Assembly (NCBI GenBank): GCA_041477065.1
Contig: JBGOUQ010000009.1
Span: 13,979-77,978, forward strand
Length of the DNA stretch: 64,000 nt
Reading direction: 5' to 3'
Source of the DNA: Gemmatimonadota bacterium
GTDB taxonomy: Bacteria > Gemmatimonadota > Gemmatimonadetes > Gemmatimonadales > GWC2-71-9
Both the position numbers and the translations under genes were made by a program. The notes under the pieces were generated by a model. It had not been told where the DNA came from. It made no database searches and saw only the letters and a list, made by a program, of their open reading frames with translations. Below are positions 8,417 to 18,846 of the stretch, one piece after another (the first letter of the stretch is position 1; each line of letters starts with the position of its first letter).

Positions 8417-10042
8417 ATGCCGGCCCGCCTCGATCCATTCGTCGACGTCCTCCTGCGCGAGCAGGCCGACCAGCTCTACCTCCTGCCGGACGAGCCGGTC
8501 ACCATGGTCAAGGACGGCAAGCCGCGGAAGGTGAGCAAACAGCCGCTGACGGATGCGCACATCTACGCGCTGCTCACCGAGGTGGCGCCCACGGACGCCG
8601 CCGACCAGATCGACAAGAAGAACGAAACCGAGTTCGACTACGCCGCCGACCGCGGGCTGGTGCGGGTGCGCGTCGTCCCCGAGACCGGCCGCCTCACGGC
8701 GGTGATCTCCCCCAAGACGCGGGTGTCGCGCGCCGTGGCTGCCGAAGGGGAGGACGTGACCGCCGTGCGGCCGGCCCTGAAGGGCGCGCCGGCGAAGGGC
8801 TCCGCCTCCGCCCCCACCGCCCCGCCTCCCCGGCCACCCCGGCCGTCGGTCATCGCGGCGGCTCCGATGATCGAGAACCCGGTCGCGACGCCCAGCGGCG
8901 GCCCATCGGGTGGGCTGCCGGCGGAGTTCGCCGACGATCAATACAAGGCCGCCGAGCACCGCCTCGGCGACCTGCTGCGGGCCCTCGTCAAGTCGGGCTC
9001 CTCGGACCTGCACTTGCGCGTCGGCGAGCCGCCGGTGTTCCGCACGCACGGCGAGATCGCGCGGCAGAGCGGCGCGCCCATGACGGCGGACACGCTCGAC
9101 CTGCTGCTGCTCTCGATCATGCCGGAGCGCAACCGGGGGGAGTGGAAGGAAACCGGGGACACCGACTTCGCCTACGAGATCCCCAAGGTGGCCCGCTACC
9201 GCGTGAACGCGGCCCGGGACCGCAAGGGGTCCGTCGCGGTCTTCCGGGTGATTCCGGCGAAGGTGGTCACGGTCGACGAGCTGGGGATCAGCAAGGAGGT
9301 GCAGCAGCTCTGCTATCTCACCAAGGGGCTGGTGCTGGTCACCGGGCCGACGGGGTCGGGCAAGTCCACCACGCTGTGCGCGCTGATCGACCTCGTCAAC
9401 CGCGAGCGCACGGACCACATCATCACCATCGAAGACCCGATCGAATTCGTGCACGAGAACAAGAAATGCCTCATCACGCAGCGCCAGGTGCACGTGCACA
9501 CCGAGAGCTTCAAGACCGCGCTGCGGGCGGCGCTGCGCGAAGACCCGGACATCGTGCTGGTGGGGGAGATGCGGGACCTCGAGACGATCGCCATCGCCAT
9601 CGAGACGGCGGAAACGGGGCACCTCGTCTTCGGGACGCTGCACACCACCACCGCCGCGTCCACGGTGGACCGGATCATCGATCAGTTCCCGGCCGACCGG
9701 CAGGCGCAGATCCGGATGATGCTGTCGGAGTCGCTGAAAGGCGTGATCGCCCAGACGCTGTGCAAGATGATCGGCGGCGGACGGATCGCGGCGCGCGAGA
9801 TCCTGCTCACCACGCCCGCGATCTCCAACCTGATCCGCGAGGGGAAGACCTTCCAGATCCCGTCGATCATCCAGACCAGCAAGAAGCTGGGGATGACCAC
9901 CCTGAATGACGCGCTCATCGACCTGGTGGAGAAGAAGAAGATCGACGCCGATGAGGCCTACGTCCGGTCGGTGGAGAAGTCGGCGATGGCGGCGTCGCTG
10001 AAGGCCAAGGGGCACAAGGTGACGGTGGGGACGGAAGGCTGA
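8417..10042 (+). CDS. pilT: PilT-family type IV pilus retraction ATPase with about 190-aa N-terminal extension
   Basis: Walker A GPTGSGKSTT, Asp/His boxes and the AISNLIREGK motif are present. The extension repeats the PilT N-domain pattern, followed by a Pro/Ala-rich linker. Confidence 0.9.
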   Translation: MPARLDPFVDVLLREQADQLYLLPDEPVTMVKDGKPRKVSKQPLTDAHIYALLTEVAPTDAADQIDKKNETEFDYAADRGLVRVRVVPETGRLTAVISPKTRVSRAVAAEGEDVTAVRPALKGAPAKGSASAPTAPPPRPPRPSVIAAAPMIENPVATPSGGPSGGLPAEFADDQYKAAEHRLGDLLRALVKSGSSDLHLRVGEPPVFRTHGEIARQSGAPMTADTLDLLLLSIMPERNRGEWKETGDTDFAYEIPKVARYRVNAARDRKGSVAVFRVIPAKVVTVDELGISKEVQQLCYLTKGLVLVTGPTGSGKSTTLCALIDLVNRERTDHIITIEDPIEFVHENKKCLITQRQVHVHTESFKTALRAALREDPDIVLVGEMRDLETIAIAIETAETGHLVFGTLHTTTAASTVDRIIDQFPADRQAQIRMMLSESLKGVIAQTLCKMIGGGRIAAREILLTTPAISNLIREGKTFQIPSIIQTSKKLGMTTLNDALIDLVEKKKIDADEAYVRSVEKSAMAASLKAKGHKVTVGTEG

Positions 10043-10043
10043 G

Positions 10044-10115
10044 AGCCACCGGTCGGATTTGAACCGACGACCGCTCGATTACGAATCGAGAGCTCTACCA
10101 CTGAGCTACGGTGGC
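10044..10115 (-). tRNA. tRNA-Thr (anticodon CGU)
   Basis: Hand-folded cloverleaf: acceptor GCCACCG/CGGTGGC, anticodon loop TTCGTAA, T-loop GTCGG-TTCAAAT-CCGAC. No CCA is encoded. Confidence 0.9.
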
Positions 10116-10250
10116 GTACGGGCTCCTAACTTAGCGATGCGCGGCTCGGTGCGGTACTCCACCGCCTCGGCCCGGTGGCGTACCTGGCCGAGGTGACCGT
10201 TCGAGGAGACGTTCGGGGTAACGCGAGGCGGCCCTGACGCGCTGCACACG

Positions 10251-10278
10251 AGAGGGGTCGCCAGCCGGCGACCCCTCT
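10251..10278. terminator. Perfect 12-bp GC-rich hairpin downstream of the metal-cluster end
   Basis: AGAGGGGTCGCC-agcc-GGCGACCCCTCT lies 13 nt after the stop at 10292 (minus strand). There is no U-run, so intrinsic-terminator function is uncertain. Confidence 0.45.
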
Positions 10279-10291
10279 ATACCTAGGCGCG

Positions 10292-11542
10292 CTAGAAGGT
10301 GAGTGTGACGGCTGCCGTCACGTTGTTCGTCTTCGGCAAGCCGCCCTGCGGCGCGTCGAGGTGGTATTCGACGGCGCACCGCAGATACTCGGGTAACGTC
10401 GCCGGCAAGACGAATCCCACCACATATCGTCGCGTACCATCATTCGCGACCGAGGTGTTCGGATCGAGGAATTCGTATCTGCCGTAGAGAGTGAGAGACG
10501 GCTTGGCGGCGAAGTACTGGCCCGAGAACCAGTAGGCGACGCCCTTCGTGTTCGCCGCGGCGCCCGGTAGGCCTGAGTCCTTCCCATACACGACGCCGCC
10601 GAGCAACTCGAAGTCACGATAGATCTTGTTCGCGCTCGCCCCAACCCGCAAGAAATGGGAAGTGAGCCCGGGCGTCAGCGTGTCGAGCCCGGCGACCGAG
10701 CCGTAATAGCCGACCGCTTGCACCCCGGACCCCGCGTCGTCGAGCAGCAGCTGGTCGGTGACGAGGAAGTCCTTCCTGAGATTCCCCTCGCCCACGTCAC
10801 TCGCACCGGCTGACGTGATGCCGTTCAGGAGCTGCGCCGAGAGTCGGTTGGACCCGCGTACGAAGTAGGCCTCCGCGCCGAGCCGTGGTCCCGCCAGGCT
10901 GAAGGGGATGGTCGTGGTAATCGGACCGTCCAGCGCCAGCGGCATTGTCAGCCCCGCCAGCCTATCGAACCCAGCCACGCCCCACTCTACGAGGTTGTGC
11001 ATCTGGCCGCCCCGGAATCCGCCGTATCCCTTCTGGGTACCCCAGATTGTGCCGATCTGCGCGACACGCTCGATCTCGCCGTCGGGTCCGTGCGCGAGCT
11101 CAAAGAATCCGGAGAAGTTGCGACCGAAGGGGCCGGCGTAAAACAGCGTGACCCCGGGCGCCGAGAACACGTTGGTCGCGGCCGCGGAGACACCGTCCGT
11201 CTTCTCATACGTAAAGGCGACCTCTCCGCCCGCCGAGACGTAGTTTTGGATCTTCTCGACGTCCACCTTCTCCCCGATCTCCTCGGGCATGCGGTAGCCG
11301 GCCCACTTGAACCGCTGCCCGGTCGCATTGAGCCGCGACGGCGCCGGATAGTGGCAGCCCGAGCAGTTCATGTTGTACTTGCGGGCCCACGCCGGGATCA
11401 GCGCGTGCGCTTCCGCGAGCCGGCTGGCGGAATACTCCGCTGTGTAGCTCCGAACCCATCCGGGTGTTCCGCCTGCCCGGGCCGTAACGGGGACAGTCAC
11501 CGCACCAAACGCCAATAGTAACAACACCGATTTCCGAAGCAT
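10292..11542 (-). CDS. Outer-membrane beta-barrel-like protein with N-terminal CxxCH (heme c) motif
   Basis: The chosen start is MLRKSVLLLLAFGAVTVPVTARA, with SD AGGAGGAG upstream. The motif is YNMNCSGCH. The protein has a long alternating beta-strand-like sequence and a C-terminal ...VTAAVTLTF ending in Phe. Confidence 0.75.
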   Translation of the reverse strand: MLRKSVLLLLAFGAVTVPVTARAGGTPGWVRSYTAEYSASRLAEAHALIPAWARKYNMNCSGCHYPAPSRLNATGQRFKWAGYRMPEEIGEKVDVEKIQNYVSAGGEVAFTYEKTDGVSAAATNVFSAPGVTLFYAGPFGRNFSGFFELAHGPDGEIERVAQIGTIWGTQKGYGGFRGGQMHNLVEWGVAGFDRLAGLTMPLALDGPITTTIPFSLAGPRLGAEAYFVRGSNRLSAQLLNGITSAGASDVGEGNLRKDFLVTDQLLLDDAGSGVQAVGYYGSVAGLDTLTPGLTSHFLRVGASANKIYRDFELLGGVVYGKDSGLPGAAANTKGVAYWFSGQYFAAKPSLTLYGRYEFLDPNTSVANDGTRRYVVGFVLPATLPEYLRCAVEYHLDAPQGGLPKTNNVTAAVTLTF

Positions 11543-11567
11543 GTGCTCCTCCTGGGTTATATCGAAC

Positions 11568-11579
11568 GCCTCTAGAGGC
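11568..11579. promoter_or_regulatory. 12-bp perfect palindrome GCCTCTAGAGGC upstream of the CxxCH barrel gene (candidate operator)
   Basis: Read directly. It lies 26-37 nt upstream of the ATG at 11542, in the 161-nt gap after copA. Confidence 0.3.
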
Positions 11580-11703
11580 TTCAAGAGGCCCCGAGAGGCT
11601 GTCCACCGTAGCCCGAATAGAGGTGCTGGTGGATAAAGAAAGCGTGAAACGCGCCGGAGGGGTTTCTTGCACCCGGCCATCATTACGCTCTCTCCTCCTC
11701 TTC

Positions 11704-13860
<2,157 letters not shown>

Positions 13861-13930
13861 CCGACCTCCCGATCTTGCGTGAGCATCGCTTTGCACTCCT
13901 CGGCCCTCCGGCCACTCGCGCCCGCGTCCA

Positions 13931-14401
13931 TCACCGTCTTGCGTATACTCGGCTCTGCCCGTCGCGATCGAATACCAGCACGTCGTACGGGCCGCCGGAG
14001 CCAACGTCCATCCCCGGCGCGCTCCCCGGCATTCCGGGGACCGAAATCCCGGCGACCGCGGGCCGCTCCCCCAGCAGTCGTTGGACGAGGTCCGCCGGGA
14101 CATGCCCTACGACCACGTAACCACCGACCAGCGCGGTGTGACACGAGCCGAGCCCCTTCGGAACGCCGTACCGCGCCTCGATGCTCAACAAGTCGCCCAC
14201 GTCCCGGATGACCACGCGGAACCCGGCGGCACGCATGTGGTCGGCCCACTTCCCACAGCAGCCACAGAGCCGGCTCTTGTACAAGACCACAGCCGGCAAC
14301 TCGGCCCGTGCTGGACTTGTGCTCGTCCCCAGCCCGGCCACGAGCACCGCCGCGGTCAGAGTCCGCCGGGCCCACGTCCACTTCCCCTTCATGCTGTTCA
14401 T
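13931..14401 (-). CDS. DUF411 (CopG-like) periplasmic metal-binding protein
   Basis: Signal peptide plus the CGCCGKW motif and the [18 protein letters not shown] context typical of DUF411. Confidence 0.85.
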   Translation of the reverse strand: MNSMKGKWTWARRTLTAAVLVAGLGTSTSPARAELPAVVLYKSRLCGCCGKWADHMRAAGFRVVIRDVGDLLSIEARYGVPKGLGSCHTALVGGYVVVGHVPADLVQRLLGERPAVAGISVPGMPGSAPGMDVGSGGPYDVLVFDRDGQSRVYARR

Positions 14402-15381
14402 AATCCCTCACTTGTTGGGTGGCATGTCGTCGCCGTATCCCGGCGCGCGACCGGTCGCACGAACAGGGACCGGTGCCGCTCGAGCACCTGCACGATCTCC
14501 GGCAGCGCCGCTTCCGCCGCCCGCTCGCCCGCAGCGATCAGTCCCGCCGCATCGCTGAAGTCGGCGAAATGCTTCACCGTCACCTGCGGCCGCATCACGA
14601 AGTCGGCTTCCTTGAGCTGGCTCTCCTCGAGCAGGTGCCGCGCCAGCGCATCCGCCAGGAGGGCCGTCGAGATCGCACCACGGGCTGCCTCGTGCGCATG
14701 ACGCTCGCCCACCTCCACGGCGACGACATGAATCGCACCGAGATGGTGGCAGGTGTTTACCGGTACCGGTTCGGCCCAGCCGCCGTCCACAAGGACGTGA
14801 TCCTCGACCTGCAACGGCTCGAACAGCCCGGGAATGGCGGAAGACGCATACACGCCATCCACGAGCGGCCCGTCGGCGAATATCACGCGGCGGCCCGAGA
14901 CGAGATCCAGGGCGGTTGTGGCAAGGGGGAGCCGTGTATCGCGGAACGTGGCCTCGCCGAGCAGCCGACGCAGTGAAGCGCGCATGGCGTCGCCCCCGAT
15001 GAGTCCGCCGCCAGGCCGGGCGGCGCGCCGCAGGGTGCCCAACATGCTGAAGAGTCCCGCCGGGCGGCGGGCGTTGGACGCCGCGAGGGCTTCGAACGTC
15101 TCCGTATTGAAGCCCACCCCGGTCGTGGCCAGGTGAGCGAGAATGCGCTGCTCCGCTTGCAGGGCCGTCGCGGACGTGGCGTAGACCGCCCCAATGACGG
15201 CTCCGCCGCTGGTTCCCGCGACGTAGGAAACAGGGATCCGCGCCCGATCGAGTACTTTGAGCACGCCGAGCTGTGCCATCGCCCGTGCGCCCCCGCCCGC
15301 GAGGGCGATTCCCAGCTCGCCGCTGGCGAAGCAGAAGCAGGGGTCCATCGCGCACTTACCGGATGCCATGGGCGTTCTCAT
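14398..15381 (-). CDS. Patatin-like phospholipase
   Basis: Oxyanion motif GIALAGGGARA and nucleophile elbow GTSGG are present, with a downstream DGG context. The start is ambiguous (M1 15381, M5 15369 or M12 15348). The stop overlaps the DUF411 start (ATGA). Confidence 0.85.
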   Translation of the reverse strand: MRTPMASGKCAMDPCFCFASGELGIALAGGGARAMAQLGVLKVLDRARIPVSYVAGTSGGAVIGAVYATSATALQAEQRILAHLATTGVGFNTETFEALAASNARRPAGLFSMLGTLRRAARPGGGLIGGDAMRASLRRLLGEATFRDTRLPLATTALDLVSGRRVIFADGPLVDGVYASSAIPGLFEPLQVEDHVLVDGGWAEPVPVNTCHHLGAIHVVAVEVGERHAHEAARGAISTALLADALARHLLEESQLKEADFVMRPQVTVKHFADFSDAAGLIAAGERAAEAALPEIVQVLERHRSLFVRPVARRDTATTCHPTSEGL

Positions 15382-15766
15382 CCTCGAACTCCAGCTGCTC
15401 CCCTTCTCCGGCGGCGAGCAGGGCGGTGAGAGATCGGGCGAGCTGTTGCTGCAGGAAGGTCGGCCCCGGGCGGTCGGACACCTTGGCTCGATAGGCCAGC
15501 CCGAACGTGAGGCCGAGACCAGCCCCGATGGCCGCGAACAGACCGGTCATCGGGAGCATCGCGGGAGCGAAGGCGTGCACGACCCGCTGGGCGACGAAGT
15601 AACGGAGGTTCTCGTCTGGAGTCTCAAACCACCAGTAGATCACGCTCGTCGCGGGATGCAGGACCACGACGCCGAGCAGCGCCCCGAGCACCACGTGGCC
15701 AGTGAGCCACTGCTTCTTGACGGCCTCCAGCTTCAAGGGTTCGAGCCCTCCCGTCCGATCTGCCAT
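15356..15766 (-). CDS. Small 3-TM membrane protein
   Basis: This is the 3' part of ORF 15356-16975. The start MADRTGGLEPLKLEAVKKQW at 15766 overlaps the cusA-like 3' end by 34 nt. It has hydrophobic helices and the acidic tail GEGEQLEFEDE. Confidence 0.5.
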   Translation of the reverse strand: MADRTGGLEPLKLEAVKKQWLTGHVVLGALLGVVVLHPATSVIYWWFETPDENLRYFVAQRVVHAFAPAMLPMTGLFAAIGAGLGLTFGLAYRAKVSDRPGPTFLQQQLARSLTALLAAGEGEQLEFEDENAHGIR

Positions 15767-18700
15767 GAGCGCCACAGGTAGTAGATGGCGGGAATCACCG
15801 CGAGCGTCAGGAGCGTCGCGGTTACCATGCCTCCGACCATCGGCGCGGCGATCCGTTTCATGACGTCGGCCCCCGTGCCCGCGCCCCAGAGGATCGGGGC
15901 GAGCCCGGCGATCACGGCGGTGACCGTCATCATGACGGGGCGCAGGCGCTGCACCGCACCCTCGAGGACGGCGGCGGCCACGTCCGCCGCGGTGCGCAAC
16001 TCCCCCGCGGCGCGCCGCCGATGGAACGCCTCGTCGAGGTAGATGAGCATGACGACCCCCGTCTCTGCGGCCACGCCCGCCAGCGCGATGAACCCGACCG
16101 CCACCGCCACGCTGGTGTTGTAGCCCAGCCCCCAGATGGACCAGATGCCGCCGACCAGCGCGAACGGCAGCGCGAGCATCACGATCAGCGTCTCCTCCAC
16201 ACCCCGGAAGTTGAAGTAGAGCAGCAGGAAGATGATTCCGAGCGTCAATGGCACGACGAGCTTCAGCTTCTCGCGCACGCGTTCCATGAACTCGAACTGC
16301 CCGCTCCAGGTCAGCCGGTATCCGGGGGGCAGGGTCAGCTGGGCCGCCACGACGCGCTGGGCGTCCCGCACGTACCCACCCAGGTCGCGCCCCTGGATGT
16401 CCACGTAGACCGTCGTCACCGGATACGCGTCGTCGGTCTTCACGGCCATGGGGCCTTGCACGATCTTCACCTGCGCCACCTGCCCGAGCGGGATCTGGAG
16501 CCCCTCCATGGTCGGGACGACGATCTCGCGTAGCTTCTGGGCGTCGTCCCGCAGCTCCCGCGGGTATCTGACGTTGACCTCGTAGCGCTCCCGCCCTTCC
16601 ACGGTAACCGCTGCCGTCATACCGCCGGCCGTAGCCATGATCACGTCGTGCAGGTCGCCGGCATTCAGCCCGAACCGGGCGGCCTGGGCGCGGTCGATCT
16701 GCACGTCCACGTAGTAACCGGACACGTTGCGCTCGGCGAAAACGTTGCGCGTCCCGGGGACGTTCTGGAGGATGCGCTCCACCCGCTCCCCCAGCCGTTG
16801 CAGCGTGTCGAGATTCGGCCCGTACACCTTCACCCCGACGGGTGTGCGGACGCCGGTCGCGAGCATGTCGATCCGGTTCTTGATCGGCATCGTCCAGGCG
16901 TTGGTGACGCCGGGGAGGCGCACGACGCGGTCCATCTCGGTGACGAGCCGCTCGGTGGTCATGCCGGGACGCCACTGGTCATGCGGCTTCAGGACGACTG
17001 TGGTCTCGTACATGTCGAGCGGCGCGGGGTCGGTGGCGGTATTCGCGCGGCCGACCTTGCCGAACACCGAGGCCACCTCAGGGAAGGTCGCCAGGACGCT
17101 GTCCTGATAGCGCATGATCTCCCGTGCCTGTCCGATCGAGACACCCGGGACGGTCGTGGGCATGAAGAGCAGCGACCCCTCGTCGAGCGGTGGCATGAAC
17201 TCGCTGCCGAGGCGACTCCAGGGCAGCGCGGTGGCCGCGAGCACCACGGCGGCGCCGGCCACCACCCGCCACGGATGCCGCAGCACCCACGCGATCACGG
17301 GCCGATAGGCCTGCATCAGCCAGCGATTGATGGGGTTCGCCGCCTGCGGATGGATGCGCCCGCGCACCAGGTAGCCCATCAGCACCGGGACAAGCGTGAT
17401 CGAGAGCAGCGCGGCCCCCGCCATCGCGAAAGTCTTCGTGAACGCGAGTGGCTTGAACAGCCGCCCCTCCTGCTGCTCCAGTGAGAAGACCGGGAGGAAC
17501 GACACCGTAATGATCAGCAGCGAGAAGAAGAGCGGTGGTCCCACCTGCACGGCCGCCTCTCGCACGACCTCCCAGCGCGGGCGGTCGCCGCCCTGCTCCA
17601 GGTGCTTGTGCATGTTCTCGATCATCACGATCGCGGCATCCACCATGGCGCCCATCGCGATCGCGATCCCGCCCAAGCTCATGATGTTGGCGCCGACGCC
17701 CATCGCCCGCATCACGAGGAACGAGATCAGGATGCCGAGCGGCAGCGTCACGATGGCGACCAGCGCCGAGCGGAAATGGAGCAGGAACACGATCGCGACC
17801 AGGGCGACGATCAGCGATTCTTCGATCAGGGTCCGGCGCAGATTGCTGATCGCCCGGTGGATGAGGTCGGACCGGTCGTACACCGGCACGAGCCGCACCC
17901 CGGCGGGCAGCGTGCGCTGGATCTCGACGACCCGCGCCTTGATCGCCTCGATGGTCTTCAGGGCGTCGCTGCCGAACCGCATGATCACGATGCCGGCCAC
18001 GACCTCGCCGCGGCCGTTCAGATCGGCCGCCCCGCGTCGCGGCGCCGGCCCGACCTGCACCGTCGCCACGTCGCCAACGCGGATCGGTGTTCCGTTCATC
18101 GTGGCGCCCACCGCGACGTCCTCGATCTCCCCCACGCTCCGCAGGTACCCGAGGCCGCGAATCATGTACTCCCGGCCCCCCATCTCGATGACCCGCGCGC
18201 CGACGTCGGCATTGTGACTGCCGATCGCCTCCACCACGCGCATCACCGGGATCCGGAACGCCCGCAGTTTCTGGGGATCGACCTCGACCTGATATTGCTT
18301 CACGTAGCCGCCCAGGCTCGCGACCTCGGAGACGCCAGGGATCGCCGTGAGCTGGTAGCGGAGGTACCAGTCCTGGAGGGTGCGCAGCTGGGCCAGGTCG
18401 AGTGAGTCGCTCTCGAGCACGTACTCGAACACCCAGCCGACGCCCGTCGCGTCGGGGCCCAGCGTGGGCTCCACGCCCGCGGGCAGGCGCTGCCGCAGCC
18501 CGTTCATGTACTCGAGTACCCGCGACCGGGCCCAGTAGAGATCGGTGCCGTCCTCGAACAGCACGTACACGAGCGATAGTCCGAAGAACGAGTACCCCCG
18601 CACGACGCGCGATCCGGGCACCTTGAGCATTTCAGACGCGATGGGATAGGTGACCTGGTCCTCGACGATCTGCGGGGCCTGCTCCGAGAACTCGGTCTGG

Positions 18701-18846
18701 ATCACGACCTGCACGTCCGAGAGGTCCGGGAGGGCGTCGATCGGCGTCGTGGCGACGGCCCAGATCCCGCCCAGCACGAGCGCGCAGGTCGCCAAGCCGA
18801 CGAGGAGCCGGTTCTTGAGCGACCACGCGATGACGTTGGCGATCAT
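15733..18846 (-). CDS. Heavy-metal efflux RND pump, CusA/CzcA family
   Basis: 1037 aa, full-length HME-RND architecture (MIANVIAWSLKNRLLV... start, 12-TM pattern). Confidence 0.95.
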   Translation of the reverse strand: MIANVIAWSLKNRLLVGLATCALVLGGIWAVATTPIDALPDLSDVQVVIQTEFSEQAPQIVEDQVTYPIASEMLKVPGSRVVRGYSFFGLSLVYVLFEDGTDLYWARSRVLEYMNGLRQRLPAGVEPTLGPDATGVGWVFEYVLESDSLDLAQLRTLQDWYLRYQLTAIPGVSEVASLGGYVKQYQVEVDPQKLRAFRIPVMRVVEAIGSHNADVGARVIEMGGREYMIRGLGYLRSVGEIEDVAVGATMNGTPIRVGDVATVQVGPAPRRGAADLNGRGEVVAGIVIMRFGSDALKTIEAIKARVVEIQRTLPAGVRLVPVYDRSDLIHRAISNLRRTLIEESLIVALVAIVFLLHFRSALVAIVTLPLGILISFLVMRAMGVGANIMSLGGIAIAMGAMVDAAIVMIENMHKHLEQGGDRPRWEVVREAAVQVGPPLFFSLLIITVSFLPVFSLEQQEGRLFKPLAFTKTFAMAGAALLSITLVPVLMGYLVRGRIHPQAANPINRWLMQAYRPVIAWVLRHPWRVVAGAAVVLAATALPWSRLGSEFMPPLDEGSLLFMPTTVPGVSIGQAREIMRYQDSVLATFPEVASVFGKVGRANTATDPAPLDMYETTVVLKPHDQWRPGMTTERLVTEMDRVVRLPGVTNAWTMPIKNRIDMLATGVRTPVGVKVYGPNLDTLQRLGERVERILQNVPGTRNVFAERNVSGYYVDVQIDRAQAARFGLNAGDLHDVIMATAGGMTAAVTVEGRERYEVNVRYPRELRDDAQKLREIVVPTMEGLQIPLGQVAQVKIVQGPMAVKTDDAYPVTTVYVDIQGRDLGGYVRDAQRVVAAQLTLPPGYRLTWSGQFEFMERVREKLKLVVPLTLGIIFLLLYFNFRGVEETLIVMLALPFALVGGIWSIWGLGYNTSVAVAVGFIALAGVAAETGVVMLIYLDEAFHRRRAAGELRTAADVAAAVLEGAVQRLRPVMMTVTAVIAGLAPILWGAGTGADVMKRIAAPMVGGMVTATLLTLAVIPAIYYLWRSWQIGREGSNP

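Noticed and set aside
7922-10015. A 697-aa ORF antisense to the PilT-like gene. Similar long ORFs occur at 4185-6068, 11623-13599, 24080-25897, 31418-33706, 41838-43493 and 55916-area antisense frames.
   Set aside because: Each lies opposite a gene with clear family motifs. Their products are Arg/Pro/Gly-rich low-complexity sequence with no recognisable domains. Long stop-free antisense frames are expected in very GC-rich DNA.
11556-11584. A sigma-70-like promoter (TTGAAG-17 nt-TATAAC) for the CxxCH barrel gene.
   Set aside because: The -10 hexamer ends only 13 nt before the ATG. A transcript starting there would lack the strong AGGAGGAG SD, so the hexamers may be coincidental. Only the palindrome is reported.
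14398-15381. The patatin-like phospholipase as an effector of an anti-phage (CBASS-like) system.
   Set aside because: No cyclase, nucleotidyltransferase, sensor or other defence-type partner is adjacent. The gene is codon-overlapped with copper-resistance genes instead.
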